From Eledone cirrhosa (taxonomy: Eukaryota), in the NCBI GenBank assembly GCA_964016885.1, contig OZ024758.1, forward strand, positions 12,772,001 through 12,836,000: DNA of 64,000 nucleotides, written 5' to 3'. The stretch's first letter is position 1. Every line of letters begins with the position of its first letter. This document shows positions 1 to 15,083 of this stretch, one piece after another. Below the pieces are notes generated by a model. It made no database searches. It was not told the DNA's origin and saw only the letters and a list, made by a program, of their open reading frames with translations. The position numbers and the translations under genes were made by a program.

Positions 1-664
1 CTATCTACAATTAGATAGACATCCTATCGTCTCCAAACAGTTGTGACATAATACCTTTGAAGACCACTCACTTTGGATGTGATCGAACTTGCGTTGTTCT
101 CCACAATAACAAAACTCCCTAGTGAATCTTCCCAGGATTTTAGAAAACTTGGAGCAAACACATAACTAGGATTAAAGACATACCGACGAGATTCGTACAC
201 AGAATATTATCTAATGCGTCCCTCTTTAAGACTGTTGGTGAGCTTTGAAGGAGATTTGGCTGCTATTTCTAATAGGTGGTTAATGGATACAGTCATTATT
301 GTTGGCAGTTGTTTTGAATCATGTCTATACTATTAAAGCAGGGCTATAATGAAAGGTGTTCCGGTTGTGGCTATCACATTAAAAACAAATATTGTTCATA
401 TGACAAAATCTAATGAACTACTCGGGTGTTTAAAACAGTAAGGTGTGATCTAAAAGAAATTTAACTACTAAGTTTAGCAGGTCTACCACAACATTGAGCA
501 CCCCGTCCCTTCAGATGGCCCAGCGATATCCACCGTTAGCTCATGGTTGGCTGGGTAACTGGTCGGGTATATAGTTGGCTGGCTGGTCGGGTAGTTAGTT
601 GGCTGGCTGGTGTATTTTTATCAAGTCTGCTGTTGTCCAGCCGAACTGTGTGAAGACACGCCTT

Positions 665-724
665 CTATATTTTTGTTACTGTAGTTACTATAAGGTGATA
701 TACTCTCTCACTCTCACTCACTCC

Positions 725-755
<31 letters not shown>

Positions 756-1062
756 ACTCTCACTCTCACCCCCTCTCTCTCTCGCTGCCCCTCTCTATGT
801 TAGTATATATTTTAGATTTCTCTCTTCTTCCCCTCTGTTATTATATATAGTTATATGTTGTATTGTGTTGTTTATTTTTGTTACTGTAGTTACTATAAGG
901 TAATATTCTCACTCTGTCTCTCTCTCTCTCATTCTCTCTCTCACTCTCTCGTTCTCACCCTCTCTCTCTCTCTCTCGCTTCCCCTCTCTATGTTAATATA
1001 TATTCTAGAGTTCTCTCTTCTTCCCTTCTCTTATTATATATAGTTATATGTTGTGTTATGTT
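665..1062. repeat. ~200-bp tandem duplication
   Basis: TATTTTTGTTACTGTAGTTACTATAAGGT...(CT)n...TTATATATAGTTATATGTTG occurs twice. Confidence 0.85.
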
Positions 1063-1288
1063 GTTTATTTTCCTTCAGACGTGGAGGAACTGGGCGACAT
1101 GTTTTTCTATTGTTTTCACCAGTTCTTAAGCCTTGCCCTATATTGTTGACGTCACAGATAAAAACAGCCAATGAAATATTAGATAACAAAACAGCTCTCG
1201 CTTGAACACCACGTCCACCCTCATCACCAAACACTCACTTATAATCTTGAAAGAATCAACTAATAAACGTCATCGTTATTTCTAAGTA

Positions 1289-1363
<75 letters not shown>

Positions 1364-1571
1364 CTGTGTGTCTGTGTATGTAAATTATTTTCATAGATAC
1401 GTATACGCACTCATATATACACATACAAGTATATACAAATGCACATATAACGTATTTAAGTACATACATACATATATACATACACACATACATACATATA
1501 TATACATATAGATACACACATATATATATACAGAGTTGATGTGTGACTTTTTGTGAGTTTGGATGTATGTG

Positions 1572-2063
<492 letters not shown>

Positions 2064-2082
2064 CTGTATATGTACGTATTGT

Positions 2083-2195
2083 GAAGGCGCGTGGCTGAGT
2101 GGTAAGATAATTGAACTCTCAATCGTGAGGTTGTGAGTTCGATTCCTGGACCGGGTAATGCGTTATGACCTTGAGCAAGACACTTTATTTCACGT
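2083..2195 (+). mobile_element. tRNA-derived SINE with CORE-like segment
   Basis: A box TGGCTGAGTGG, B box GTTCGATTCC, then CCTTGAGCAAGACACTT (similar to the MIR CORE CCTTGGGCAAGTTACTT). Confidence 0.75.
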
Positions 2196-2231
2196 CATAT
2201 GTACGTATATATATATAGTAATAATACGTTT

Positions 2232-2305
2232 AGCTTCAGAAGATCCCGTTAAGAGTGAAAGCAGTGATTCTTTGCTTAAACATTAATCTGTTATTTTAAT
2301 AAATA
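2232..2305 (+). ncRNA. Family D hammerhead-like motif, second copy (a third, partial copy lies at 35970-36025)
   Basis: AGCTT CAGAAGA tcccgttaagagt GAAAGCA gtgattctt TGCTT AAAC ... AATAAA. Confidence 0.45.
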
Positions 2306-2342
2306 AATAAATAAAAATATATATATATGTCTGAATATGTGC

Positions 2343-2394
<52 letters not shown>

Positions 2395-2419
2395 ATATAT
2401 ATATATAAATATATATATA

Positions 2420-2538
<119 letters not shown>

Positions 2539-2608
2539 TTTAATAAATATATATATATATATATATTTATTTTAATAAATATATATATATATATGACTGT
2601 ATATGTAC

Positions 2609-2645
<37 letters not shown>

Positions 2646-2676
2646 TATATATATATTTGTGGGAGTGTGTGGGTGG

Positions 2677-2730
<54 letters not shown>

Positions 2731-2879
2731 AATTAAAGGTAAGAAGTGTGTATAAGTAAAGTATGTATGGTGTATATTTCTACGTGAGAGGTGAGAGCGA
2801 TAATAAATGATCAGACAATATCGAGGAAATATAATATTTATACATATATACCATGTGTATATATATGTGTGTGTATATG

Positions 2880-3225
2880 TGGGTGTATATGTGGGTGTAA
2901 GTATGGAGGTATATATGTGTGTATATGTGCGTATGTGTAGTGGTATATATGTATATGTGTATATTAAGTGTGTTTGTGTATAAAAAAGAAACTATATACT
3001 ATATAAATATATATATACATTTATACTATATATAAATATATATATATATATATAGTATAAATGTATATATATATATATATAGTATAAATGTATATATATA
3101 TTTATATAGTATATAGTTTCTTTTTTATACACAAACACACTTAATATACACATATATATACATATATACCACTACACATACAAACATATACACACATATA
3201 TACCTCTACACATACACGCATATAT
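2880..3225. repeat. Large low-complexity palindrome
   Basis: ATTAAGTGTGTTTGTGTATAAAAAAGAAACTATATAC is mirrored by GTATATAGTTTCTTTTTTATACACAAACACACTTAAT around a TA centre. Confidence 0.75.
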
Positions 3226-3331
3226 GTATGCATGTATGTATATACATTTATACTAAATATATATATATACATATATATATTATAAATATAGTATAAATGT
3301 ATAAATGTATATATATATATATTTATATAGT

Positions 3332-3362
<31 letters not shown>

Positions 3363-3619
3363 ACACACAATATATATCATATATACATATATTATATATG
3401 TTGTATGTGTATTGTATATCTATATATATATATATATATACAATACACACACACGCACACGCATATATATATATACACACACAATATATATCATATATAC
3501 ATATATTATATATGTTGTATGTGTATTGTATATTTATATATATATATATATATATACAATACACACACACACGCACACGCATATATATATATATATATAT
3601 GCAGAGAGAGAGAGAGAGG

Positions 3620-3650
<31 letters not shown>

Positions 3651-3678
3651 GGAGAGAGAGAGAGAGAAAGAGAGATAT

Positions 3679-3725
<47 letters not shown>

Positions 3726-3949
3726 GTGAATAGATTCTCAACATGGTATGTTTCTGTAAAGATCTTTATCCCTCACCAAGTGACAAACTTTGCTACAGAA
3801 TCTCTAGTCTCTCCACTCTGTGTTCGTGTGTTCGGTTCGTTGTAAATGTTAAACTTTATGTCTTGCCTTCCAACGTTTCTACGACTTCTTTTATAAGTCT
3901 TCAGGCTGACACACACACACACACACACACACGGAATCTATACTGATCA

Positions 3950-4096
3950 TCACTGTCTAAATATCACACACACACACACACACACACACGTTGGCACATA
4001 CACATTCAGACACACACACACACACACGTTGTCACATACACATTCAGACACACACACACACACACACGCACACACACGTTGTCACATACACATTCA

Positions 4097-4130
<34 letters not shown>

Positions 4131-4188
4131 GTCACGTACACATTCACACACAAACACACACACACACACGTTGTCACATACACATTCA

Positions 4189-4263
<75 letters not shown>

Positions 4264-4600
4264 ACACACACGTTGTCACATACACATTCAGACACACACA
4301 CACTCTCAGTCAAACATATACATACACACACACGCATAGTTATAGTGATTGTCACTTTCTGAATATCACACACACACACACGTTGTCACATACACATTCA
4401 GACACACACACACTCTCAGTCAAACATATACATACACACACACGCATAGTTATAGTGATTGTCACTTTCTAAATATCACACACACACACGTTGTCACATA
4501 CACATTCAGACACACACACACACAGCCAAAAACAAACATACTCACACACACACACATAGTTATACTGACTGTCACTTTCTAAACATCACATACACACACA
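3950..4600. repeat. CA-based minisatellite
   Basis: Recurring GTTGTCACATACACATTCAGA separated by (CA)n, with higher-order ~110-bp units. Confidence 0.9.
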
Positions 4601-4845
4601 CACATATACACATACGCACACACACACATATACACACACACACACGTAGTCACATACACATGCAGATATACATACACACATATAATTATACTAATGTCAT
4701 ATGCGTTGGGACGTACACATTTCAAATCTCTTACACACACACACAGTCACAAACACATACATACACACACACAAACACATACACACACACACAAACACAT
4801 ACATACACATATTTGGTCTCTCTCTCTCTCACACACACACACATG

Positions 4846-4968
<123 letters not shown>

Positions 4969-5082
4969 GTATATTTAATACTGCCGGCACTAGTATCGAG
5001 CACCTTTGGCATACGCTACTTGGCAAATAACTATATGTATCACCTATCCTCCCCTTTTTTTCTCTTTCTCGATACGTAAATA

Positions 5083-5150
<68 letters not shown>

Positions 5151-5151
<1 letters not shown>

Positions 5152-5245
5152 GCGATGAAATACCAATGATCGTTGGCAAATCACTGATGAGGGACTAATT
5201 TTATAATATGTAATCCATGTGCAACCATGCAGTATTCTTCTCCCC

Positions 5246-5250
<5 letters not shown>
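5151..5250 (+). repeat. Family E (TA)n-flanked cassette (second copy 35182-35281 minus)
   Basis: Shared GCGATGAAAT..TTGG..TCACTGATGA.GGACT..TATGTAA.CCAT.TGCAAC..GCAG; both copies are flanked by (TA)n. Confidence 0.6.
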
Positions 5251-5329
<79 letters not shown>

Positions 5330-5476
5330 TATTTGAAATGTGTAAGTCCCAATGCAAATATAAACATTATAATAGTCGATCATTATAAATAATAGTTGAG
5401 AAAATTGGTTAAAATGTCCCTGGGGACGGGAAAATATGGACGGATGCAACTGCAAAGAATGGAACCCAATATCTTT

Positions 5477-5680
5477 TGGCACGTGGCTTAACGTTTAGAG
5501 AATTGACTTTGCAATCATGAGGTTGTGATTTCGATTCCCGGACCGGGTGATGCGTTATCTCCTTGAGCAAGACACTTTAGTCATGCTGCTCTTTCTCCCA
5601 AGAGTTGCCACCGGTAAATTGTATCAGCAATGGAAAGACCAATGGAAACATGGCTTCCTTTGGGTCGTTTTTGGTGAGTT
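5477..5680 (+). mobile_element. tRNA-derived SINE copy
   Basis: Degenerate A box, TTCGATTCCC, CCTTGAGCAAGACACTT; downstream GGAAAGACCAA.GGAAACAT shared with the 6058 copy. Confidence 0.65.
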
Positions 5681-5975
5681 CCACCCCACTCGGTAAGCGG
5701 ATGAGGTCTGGGCTCTTGTTGGTCTCTTTATAACAGGCAAGGTGAATTCTTTTTATTATATGTTCAACACATTTACGTGTTCTAGTTTCTGTCATTAACC
5801 AGAGTTTGTTTAATTCTTAGATGTTCGATTCTAAAGATCCTTTTGTTGGTGGAAATATAAGATCTCCTCTCGGAAAAGTTTCGACTAAATACATTTTATA
5901 ATGTATAAGTGCATTGACCGTTTCCTTTGCATACATACATACATACATACATACATACATACATACATACATACA

Positions 5976-6053
<78 letters not shown>

Positions 6054-6057
6054 CAGT

Positions 6058-6260
6058 GAAGGCGTGTGGCTGAGTGGTTAGGGAATTGGATTCGGAATCG
6101 TAAAGTTGTGAGTTCGATTCCTGTACCAGGTGATGCGTTATGTCCTTGAGCAAGACACTTTATTTCACGTTGCTCCTTCTACCTGGAGTTGCGACCGATA
6201 GATAGTATTAGCAATTGGAAAGACCAACGGAAACATTGTTCCCTCGGTCCGATTTGACGA
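6058..6260 (+). mobile_element. tRNA-derived SINE copy
   Basis: TGGCTGAGTGG A box, GTTCGATTCC B box, GTCCTTGAGCAAGACACTTTATTTCACGTTGCTCC. Confidence 0.75.
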
Positions 6261-6452
6261 AAGTCGATCGTTCCTATATATATATATATACAAATATTTT
6301 ACACAGAGAGAAGTGTGTTACACAGTGAGATGTGTGTAAAGAATTATTACCAGTGAGTTTAACCGAGCTCAGTTGAACATTCTCTGTTCTTCTTTGAGCT
6401 AATATTATTATTACTGTGAACTGCGGAATACGGTAATTCCGATGCTTGTATA

Positions 6453-6485
<33 letters not shown>

Positions 6486-6677
6486 GAATATTAAATTATT
6501 ATAAGGTAAAGTTTGTATTTGAAAACTATCTCTCTGCCCCCCCCCCCCCTATCTCTTTATATATATATTAGCGATCCAAGACTGATGCGTAATACATACA
6601 ATGAAACACGTGTCAGTGTTAGGCAGTAAATGTTATTCCCACTCTTCTGGATTGTAATATTATAAATAATAATTTTG

Positions 6678-6764
<87 letters not shown>

Positions 6765-6769
6765 TTTTA

Positions 6770-6896
6770 TTTAATAGAAGGAGCTTCTATAGGACTAGTA
6801 CTGTTTCATTCAGATGAAATCTTCAGGAATTTTACTCTGCCATGTATTGAGTACCTTACTTACTGTGGTTATCCCCGACTCAACCCGGGACCTACG
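6770..6896 (+). mobile_element. Family A variant: inverted hammerhead (6781-6831 minus) fused to plus-strand tail
   Basis: Minus strand TTC CTGAAGA tTTC atct GAAt GAAACAG tactagtc CTAT A GAA; plus-strand tail GTATTGAGTACCTTACTTACTGTGG to (TA)n. Confidence 0.65.
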
Positions 6897-7393
6897 TATA
6901 TATATATATATATATATACACACACCAATCTCTTACAGAGCAGCGTACTTGAGGTTATAGTGGAGAGTATTGGTAGTAGGAGGGGGTGGAGGAACAGGAG
7001 GAGGAGCGGGTATGGTGGAGGAGGTGGAGGAGGGTATGGTGGAGAGTAGTAGCAAGAAGGGGGTGTAGGAGGAAGGGTGGAGGTGAGGTGGGGTAGAGGA
7101 GGAGGTGGAGGTGGAGGAAGAGGTGTTGGAGGTGTAAGTGTGAGAGAAATTGTGAGGTGAGAAGGAGAACAGGAATAATAAACGGGTGAACGGGAGTACA
7201 CGTGTGAGTGTGTGTGTGTGTGAGAGAGAGAGGGGGAGGGAGGGAGAGATAGAGAGAGAGAGTTAGAAAAGTAGATAATTAGAAGGTGATATAGTGAGTA
7301 GCTAAGTGGTAGTTATCGAGTGAGAGATAAATAGATAGATAGATAGATAGGTAGAGAGCGAGAGAGATAAAGAGAGAGAGAGAGATAAAGAGA

Positions 7394-7457
<64 letters not shown>

Positions 7458-7693
7458 TAGAGATAGAGAGAGAGAGAGGTAGAGGGAGGCTAGCTGGTAA
7501 TAGCTGAAAGGAAAAGAGTGATAGATTAAGAAAATATGGGTAGTAGAAATGTAGTGAGACATAGTAAGAGAGAGAGAGAGAGAGAAATAGATAGGTGTTG
7601 AGAAATGGGGAGAGAGAGAGGAAGGAGAGAGAAGGAGGAGAGAGGGGGGAGAGAGAGTGTATATATGTGTGTGTGTGAGAGAGTGATGGAGAG

Positions 7694-7738
<45 letters not shown>

Positions 7739-7794
7739 TTGTAGATAAAGAGAGAGATAGAAAGAGAAAGATGGGGAGAGATAGAGTGAGAAAA

Positions 7795-7887
<93 letters not shown>

Positions 7888-8204
7888 GGAGTTTGTTGAT
7901 TGGTAATAAAATCCCTTCAACTAACAAAAAAATAAATAATAAGTGTTTCTACTTTTGGCACAAGGCCAGCAATTACCCAGTACATTAAAATAAAGTACCA
8001 GTAATGTATTGGTTTTTTGCTGGCCTTGTGCTAAAAGTAGAAACAATTATTATTTCTTTTTTTTGTTAGTTGAAGTGTTTCTTGGTGTTGTTCACCTCAA
8101 AAGATGGTTGTGGTGTAAGGGGGAGGGGAGGGAGGGGAGGGAGGGGTGCAAACACGGAACACCTAGAGGAGTGTTGCTGTCGACAACAGAGGAAGGGAGA
8201 ATAA

Positions 8205-8289
8205 CAGCTACTACAACAGTGACAACAACAGCATTAACAACTACTACTACAACACCAACTATAGCAACAACAACAGCAACAACAATAGC

Positions 8290-8321
<32 letters not shown>

Positions 8322-8387
8322 AACTACAACAACAATAGCAACAACAACAGCAGCAACAACAACAACAACAATAGCAACAACAACAAT

Positions 8388-8427
<40 letters not shown>

Positions 8428-8545
8428 GAAAGAACAACAGCAACAACAGCAACAGCAAAAACAGCAGCAACAACAACAATAGCAACAACAACAGCAACAA
8501 CAACAACAACAACAACAGCAACAGCAACAATAGCAACAACAACAG

Positions 8546-8577
<32 letters not shown>

Positions 8578-9054
8578 GCAGCAGCAACAACAATAGCAAC
8601 AACAACAACAATAGCAACAACAACAATAGCAACAACACCAGCAGCAACAACAACAACAATAGCAACAACAACAACAACAACAGGAACAACAACAACAACA
8701 ACAACAACAGCAACAAAAACAACAACAGCAACAACAACAACAACAACATCAGCAACAGCAACAATAGCAACAACAACAACAATAGCAACAACAACAGCAT
8801 TGAGAGAGGAAGAGAGCAGAACAGCTACTACAACAGTGACAACAACAGCATTAACAACTACTACTACAACACCAACTATAGCAACAACAACTACTACAGC
8901 AATAACGACAACAACAGCAGCACAACAGCAGTAACAGCAACAACAGCAACAACAATAACAACAACAACAACAGCAGTAACAACAACCACAATAACAACAA
9001 CAACAACAACAGCAGCACAACAGCAGTAACAACAGCAACAACAACAGCAACAGC

Positions 9055-9091
<37 letters not shown>

Positions 9092-9265
9092 CACAGCAGT
9101 AACAACAACAACAACAGCAACAATAACAACAACAACAACATTAGCAGCACAACAGCAACAAGAACAACAGCAATAACAACAACAACAACAGCAGCACAAC
9201 ACCAGTAACAACAACAACATCAACAACAACAACAGCACAACAGCAGTAACAGCAACAACAACAGC

Positions 9266-9317
<52 letters not shown>

Positions 9318-9452
9318 GCAGCACAAAGCAGTAACAACAACACAGCAACAACAACAACAGCAGCACAACCGCAGTAACAACAACACAGCAACAACAACAG
9401 CAACAACAATAACAACAGCAACAGCAACAACAACAATATCAACATCAACATC
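8205..9452. repeat. Compound (CAA/CAG/TAG)n trinucleotide tract with an internal duplication
   Basis: ~1.25 kb of imperfect CAA repeats; the 8205-8270 segment recurs at about 8820-8890. Confidence 0.95.
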
Positions 9453-9464
9453 AATAATTAATAT

Positions 9465-9983
9465 TTCTGATTCAGGCACAAGGCCAACAATTTCGGAGAA
9501 GAGGGAAGGTTGATTAAATCGACCCAGTACGTTACTGGTACTTTACTTTATCGACTCCTTAAGGATGAAAGGCAAAGCTAACCTCGATAGGATTTGAACT
9601 CAGAACGGACAGAGTTAAAATATCAATCATAATTTATTTCATAGGGCACAACATCTAAAAATATAGGGCACTACACATGGACCCAATACATAACTTCTAA
9701 CACGGATAAGGGGCCAGAAAAAAGGGTTAGGTTTAGTAAGAGAGTTGTACATTCTAACTCTGCCCAGTATTTATTATATAGTGACTTTGCCTTTCATCCT
9801 TACGGGGTCGATAAAATAAAGTACCAGTAATGCACTGGGTAATTGCTGGCCTTGTGCCTAAACTAGAAACAATTATATAGTCTGAGTTCAAATTCCGCCG
9901 AGGTTAACTTTGCCTCGATAAAATAAAGTACCAGTAATGTACTGGTGTATTTGCTGGCCTTGTGCCAAAAGTAGAAACAATTA
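9465..9983. mobile_element. Cluster of Meta-domain SINE fragments (9465-9608 minus, 9781-9875 plus, 9879-9983 plus)
   Basis: GCCTTTCATCCTTACGGGGTCGATAAAATAAAGTACCAG and the same tail. Other fragments at 17514-17645, 34421-34523, 43082-43199, 46317-46481 and a palindromic pair at 7944-8050. Confidence 0.75.
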
Positions 9984-10205
9984 TATGTCCCCTTTTGGGA
10001 ATTAGTTTGTAGTTATTTTCTTTTTTTTTTAATCTGTTGCCTTCCTACATCTAGAGACCCCGAGCAGGATATCAACGCAGAACGTGTAGTGTAAAGAAGG
10101 GACGTAGCTAAATAACACGAAGCCTTTATTTTTTATCTTTTATTTAAAAAACAAATATTTTTTGTTTACCTTCAGTGTTTTTACAGAAAACATTACCACC
10201 GACCA

Positions 10206-10257
<52 letters not shown>

Positions 10258-10612
10258 GCTGCTGCTGCTACTACTACTACTATTGTAAAAACAATTACTA
10301 AAAGAAAACAGAAAATTAATACAGACACCACTCATATATACATACATACACACACACACACACATACACATATATATATATACACACATACACACACACA
10401 TATATATATGTATATACACACATACACACACACACACACATATATATGTATATTATAAATATACAAAACTATATAAAATACAATTTCTCTCGCTTTCCTT
10501 CTTTCCCTGTCTCTCTCTATCTCTCTCTCCCCCCTCTCTCTCTCACTAATATATATATTTATATTTGTGTATGTATATATATAGAGAAACATAGATAAAT
10601 AGAGGGAGAGAG

Positions 10613-10685
<73 letters not shown>

Positions 10686-10884
10686 TAGATTACAACACCT
10701 TACACTATATAAAACACTCAGAACACTCCCAGTATATCATCAGCGACTAAGTGTTAAACAACAAATTATCGTATCTGGCGAATGGAGAATTTTGGCCTCC
10801 AATATTTATCATAATTTTCCTTTTTCATATATATTTATCTATATAATTGCTTATTATTGTCATTTATTTACTCTTTTATTTGTT

Positions 10885-10918
<34 letters not shown>

Positions 10919-11129
10919 GTGTGTGTATGTATTTATATTGTTATTTCTAGCTAGCCTCCACCCACCTCACTACTTCTTTCTTTCAACTCTACACTAACAC
11001 GTACACACCCTCACAGTTTCCGTCAGTTTCTCCCCCTCTCTGTCATTCTCCCTCTCCTCACACACTTTCTCTCTCTCTCCTACTATCACACTCTCTGTAT
11101 TTCTCTCTTCCCCTTCTCCTTCTCTTTTG

Positions 11130-11200
11130 GTCCAAGCCAATCATTTGCCGACTCCACACTAAAGGGTTTATTATCAGTTAGTTCGTTGAATCAGTTTGCA
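11130..11200 (+). promoter_or_regulatory. Candidate core promoter/TSS of the eh1 gene
   Basis: AGCCAATCA CCAAT box at 11135-11143 and two TCAGTT initiator matches (11174, 11191) in a unique island ~1.3 kb upstream of the ATG. Confidence 0.35.
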
Positions 11201-11486
11201 TTAGCTTGCCTGCAAGCAAGGCGAGGAGGCTACGGAAAGCCAGCCAACACAAATAACACAGGACTAAACAGCAAACAGGCAAACAAACAAACAACAACAG
11301 CAACAAAACAAATACAAGTGACAACAACAAATCAAGGAACCAACAACAACAAACAGAAAGACGAAAAGAAGTGAAGCAAATTAAAAAGCGATTCCAGAGA
11401 AGGATTTTTATAAAATTTTCTGTGTATATATATCTATTTATATATATATATATATATAATATATTATACATATATAAATATATATC

Positions 11487-11519
<33 letters not shown>

Positions 11520-11540
11520 TGAGAGAGTAAGACACACATT

Positions 11541-11600
<60 letters not shown>

Positions 11601-11652
11601 TATATAATATAATATATATATAATATATATATATAATATTATATATATATAT

Positions 11653-11731
<79 letters not shown>

Positions 11732-12215
11732 AATATATATAACTATATATCTATCTTTCTATATATAAGGAACAAATGTAAAAAGATAAAGAAAAAGAAT
11801 CAGCCTAACCGGGAATAACTGTGAAAGAATGTCTACCTCGTCATATATATAATTTAATTCTATTTTTTTAAATTGTATTTTACCACAAAATATATATTAA
11901 TAATATGTATATATATAATTATACATAATTCTATATAAACACACACAGTCACACACAGAGACACACATATATATATATATATTTATATATATTTATATAT
12001 ATATATATAAATATATATATGTGTGTGTCAACACACATATATACACATATATACACACACATTTATATATAGATACATGTATATATACAGGTAGATATGT
12101 ATATATTTACACGGGAAAATATGTATATTTTCATGTGTAAATATATATATTCATAATATATATATATATATATATATATTAATATATATTAATATATATA
12201 CATATATATATATAT

Positions 12216-12275
<60 letters not shown>

Positions 12276-12516
12276 TTATTTATTGATCAAAACGCACTCA
12301 CAAACAAACAAACACACACACACAAACACAGACACAAACACACATATATATGACATATGCATGTCATATATATTACACATAAATATATATACACAACACA
12401 TTGCAATGATGTATACAAAATAATAACACATTTGACTGAGTCCCCAGAACAACCAACTAACAAACAAACTATAATATAGTTTTGGTCATTGTATTATTAT
12501 TTTTATTATTTCTACA

Positions 12517-13111
12517 ATGACGGAAAACAGTAACGGAAGCGTGGTAGATTGTGGTGTGGTTGGGCAGGGTATATCAACCACCAAGGAGGCCATTAAATCT
12601 AGCAGTATGGTGGTCAATACTCGAACACCTCCCCACACGGACAAAAACCAGTTATCGGACAAAGCTTCAGCCTTCTCTATAGCCGCAATACTCGGTGACA
12701 AAATGCCTGTCGACCGGAAGGACAATAGTAACAACAACAACAACAACAGCAACAACAACAACCACCACCACCATAACAACAACAACAACAACAACAACAA
12801 CAGCATCAACATTATCAACAACATCAACTGTGGTATAACGACAGCGGCGGTGACGACGACGTCGTCGCGGACGTCTCGGACGACGACGACGCCGAATTCG
12901 CCGGCGCCGTTAACGACGGTGACGTCTTCGCCGTCGCCGTCGCCGCCGTCTACGACGTCGACGCCGCCGCCCCCTACGCTGTCGCCGAGCTCCCGACTGC
13001 CGTCGTTGACGGCGACGCTACCGCCAACGTTAGTTGGTTCGACGTCGGAGTCAATCAACTTGCGGTTAGGAAACACCTCACCCTGTGCTATAGTTTCCCC
13101 ACATATTTACG
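12517..13111 (+). CDS. First coding exon of an eh1-containing transcription factor, most likely a Tbx20/H15-midline-like T-box gene
   Basis: ATG at 12517 opens 198 codons plus 1 nt, ending at a strong donor TACG|GTAAGT (GT at 13112, phase 1). Encodes QLSDKASAFSIAAILG (12649-12696), which resembles vertebrate TBX20 QLSSRANAFSIAALM (eh1, FSIxxIL). Poly-N/H and S/T/P-rich linker; locally GC/CpG-rich. The T-box domain is not in the window, so the family call rests on one motif. Confidence 0.7.
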
Positions 13112-13183
13112 GTAAGTTGAAATTATATATCATATCGTTTCTATCACGCTAAATCACAATCTAACACTCCCTCGCTCTCTCAC

Positions 13184-13224
<41 letters not shown>

Positions 13225-13367
13225 TGTATGTATGAATTTATGTATGTATTTATGTATGTGTGTATATAGTGTGTCCCCCCCAAAAAATGTACAAACACTT
13301 CAACAGCATACTGCTAAATATTGTCTGTGCAAGTAATTGAAATGTGTATACATATTTTGGGATACCC

Positions 13368-13436
<69 letters not shown>

Positions 13437-13442
<6 letters not shown>

Positions 13443-13490
13443 TGAGTACCTTACTTACTGGGGTTACCTCCGATTCAACTCGGAATAACG
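13437..13490 (+). mobile_element. Family A 3' tail only (5'-truncated)
   Basis: ATGTATTGAGTACCTTACTTACTGGGGTTACCTCCGATTCAACTCGGAATAACG between two (TA)n tracts. Confidence 0.75.
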
Positions 13491-13575
<85 letters not shown>

Positions 13576-13709
13576 ATATATATATACATATATAAATGTG
13601 TGTGTTCATGTGTAAATATGTTTGTATGAATGGGTGTAAGTTTGAAAGTACATATATAAACGTGTAAATATATATAAAGTGTACCTATGTATGTAAACAA
13701 ATGTGCAAA

Positions 13710-13804
<95 letters not shown>

Positions 13805-14196
13805 GGTGTTTGACTTAGGAAGCAAAGGGGAAAATGGAATTAGAGATGTTAAGAGACCATCATTAACAATAAATAATATTTGCGAAAATTTGAAATATAT
13901 CTTTCTAATGAGAAATTTGTAAAATGATACTTAAGTCTACCGCTTTGTTTACACTTCTATCTAATGGTTTTATAACTTCTAAAGAGAAGGAGGTGATGAC
14001 CAGAGGCTTTACGGCCAGGGATTCTACGTCATAGGGGTTTACATTGCTTGCAGAATCATCTGTTCCATATTTCCGTCTCTGGAGGTGTTTTAAGCCCAGT
14101 TTATTTACCCTATCAATATAGATAGTGATCGAATGTTAGTATCGAAATATTAGTTGCGGCGAATTAATCTTAAATATCAATATATATTTTGTTTTC

Positions 14197-14243
<47 letters not shown>

Positions 14244-14250
<7 letters not shown>

Positions 14251-14502
14251 TGCAAGTATGAAGAATTATGAGATAAAATATATACAGTATTTCTTCTCCT
14301 TAGTCCGTAGAAATCAACCTCATAAATAATCATTTAAACGAGGCTATAAGTTTAAAATGTAACTGTTACATTAGTAACTATAGTTACATTTTAAACTTAT
14401 AGCCTCCTTTAAATGATTATTTATGTGGTTGATTTCTACGGAATAGGGAGAAGAAATACTGTATATATTTTACCTAATAATTCTTCAAATTTGCAATTTT
14501 TT
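14244..14502. repeat. Foldback palindrome, ~120-bp diverged arms, TA-flanked
   Basis: AAAAAATTGCAA...AAATGTAACT / AGTTACATTT...TTGCAATTTTTT with scattered mismatches. Confidence 0.85.
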
Positions 14503-14838
14503 ATATATAGCTCTGATTAATAATTATTGGCTTAATTAATTCTTCATTGAGCCACACCGTCAAAGGTAGCCACACACATATATGTAACTGACTATGTCTA
14601 ATCATATACATATATCCCTTTGAATTATATATATATATATATACATATAAGTGAGTGTATATGTAAGAATAAGCGTCTACAAAACTTTAGTGTCATGAAC
14701 ATAGTTTTGTTATTTAGTGGTATATATATATATATAACAACATTCTTTTATTTTGAGGTTATTCGAAACCACAAGAAACTTTTACACTAGTTGTAGGGAA
14801 CTCTCAATCAAAAAGCTATATTATTCAAGAAATTAATG

Positions 14839-14913
<75 letters not shown>

Positions 14914-15019
14914 GTAATAATCAACATTAATTATCTTGTTGTTTATTACATACCTAAAAAAGCTCTGTAGCCTAAATAAAGCACTCACTTTTCCTTTAAC
15001 TTTCCTACGGAAATACTTA

Positions 15020-15083
<64 letters not shown>

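Noticed and set aside
2083-2160. tRNA gene
   Set aside because: A and B boxes are present, but no complete cloverleaf is evident and the sequence continues into a SINE body shared by four copies.
5151-5250. Family E CTGATGA as a type II hammerhead
   Set aside because: GAAA lies upstream, but stems I and III could not be paired in either copy; kept only as a repeat.
8259-9479. Long poly-L/V/C/Q/T ORFs
   Set aside because: Artefacts of the (CAA)n tract; no domain or splice support.
12486-13076. 196-aa minus-strand ORF
   Set aside because: Shadow of the plus-strand exon, which has the eh1 motif and donor site.
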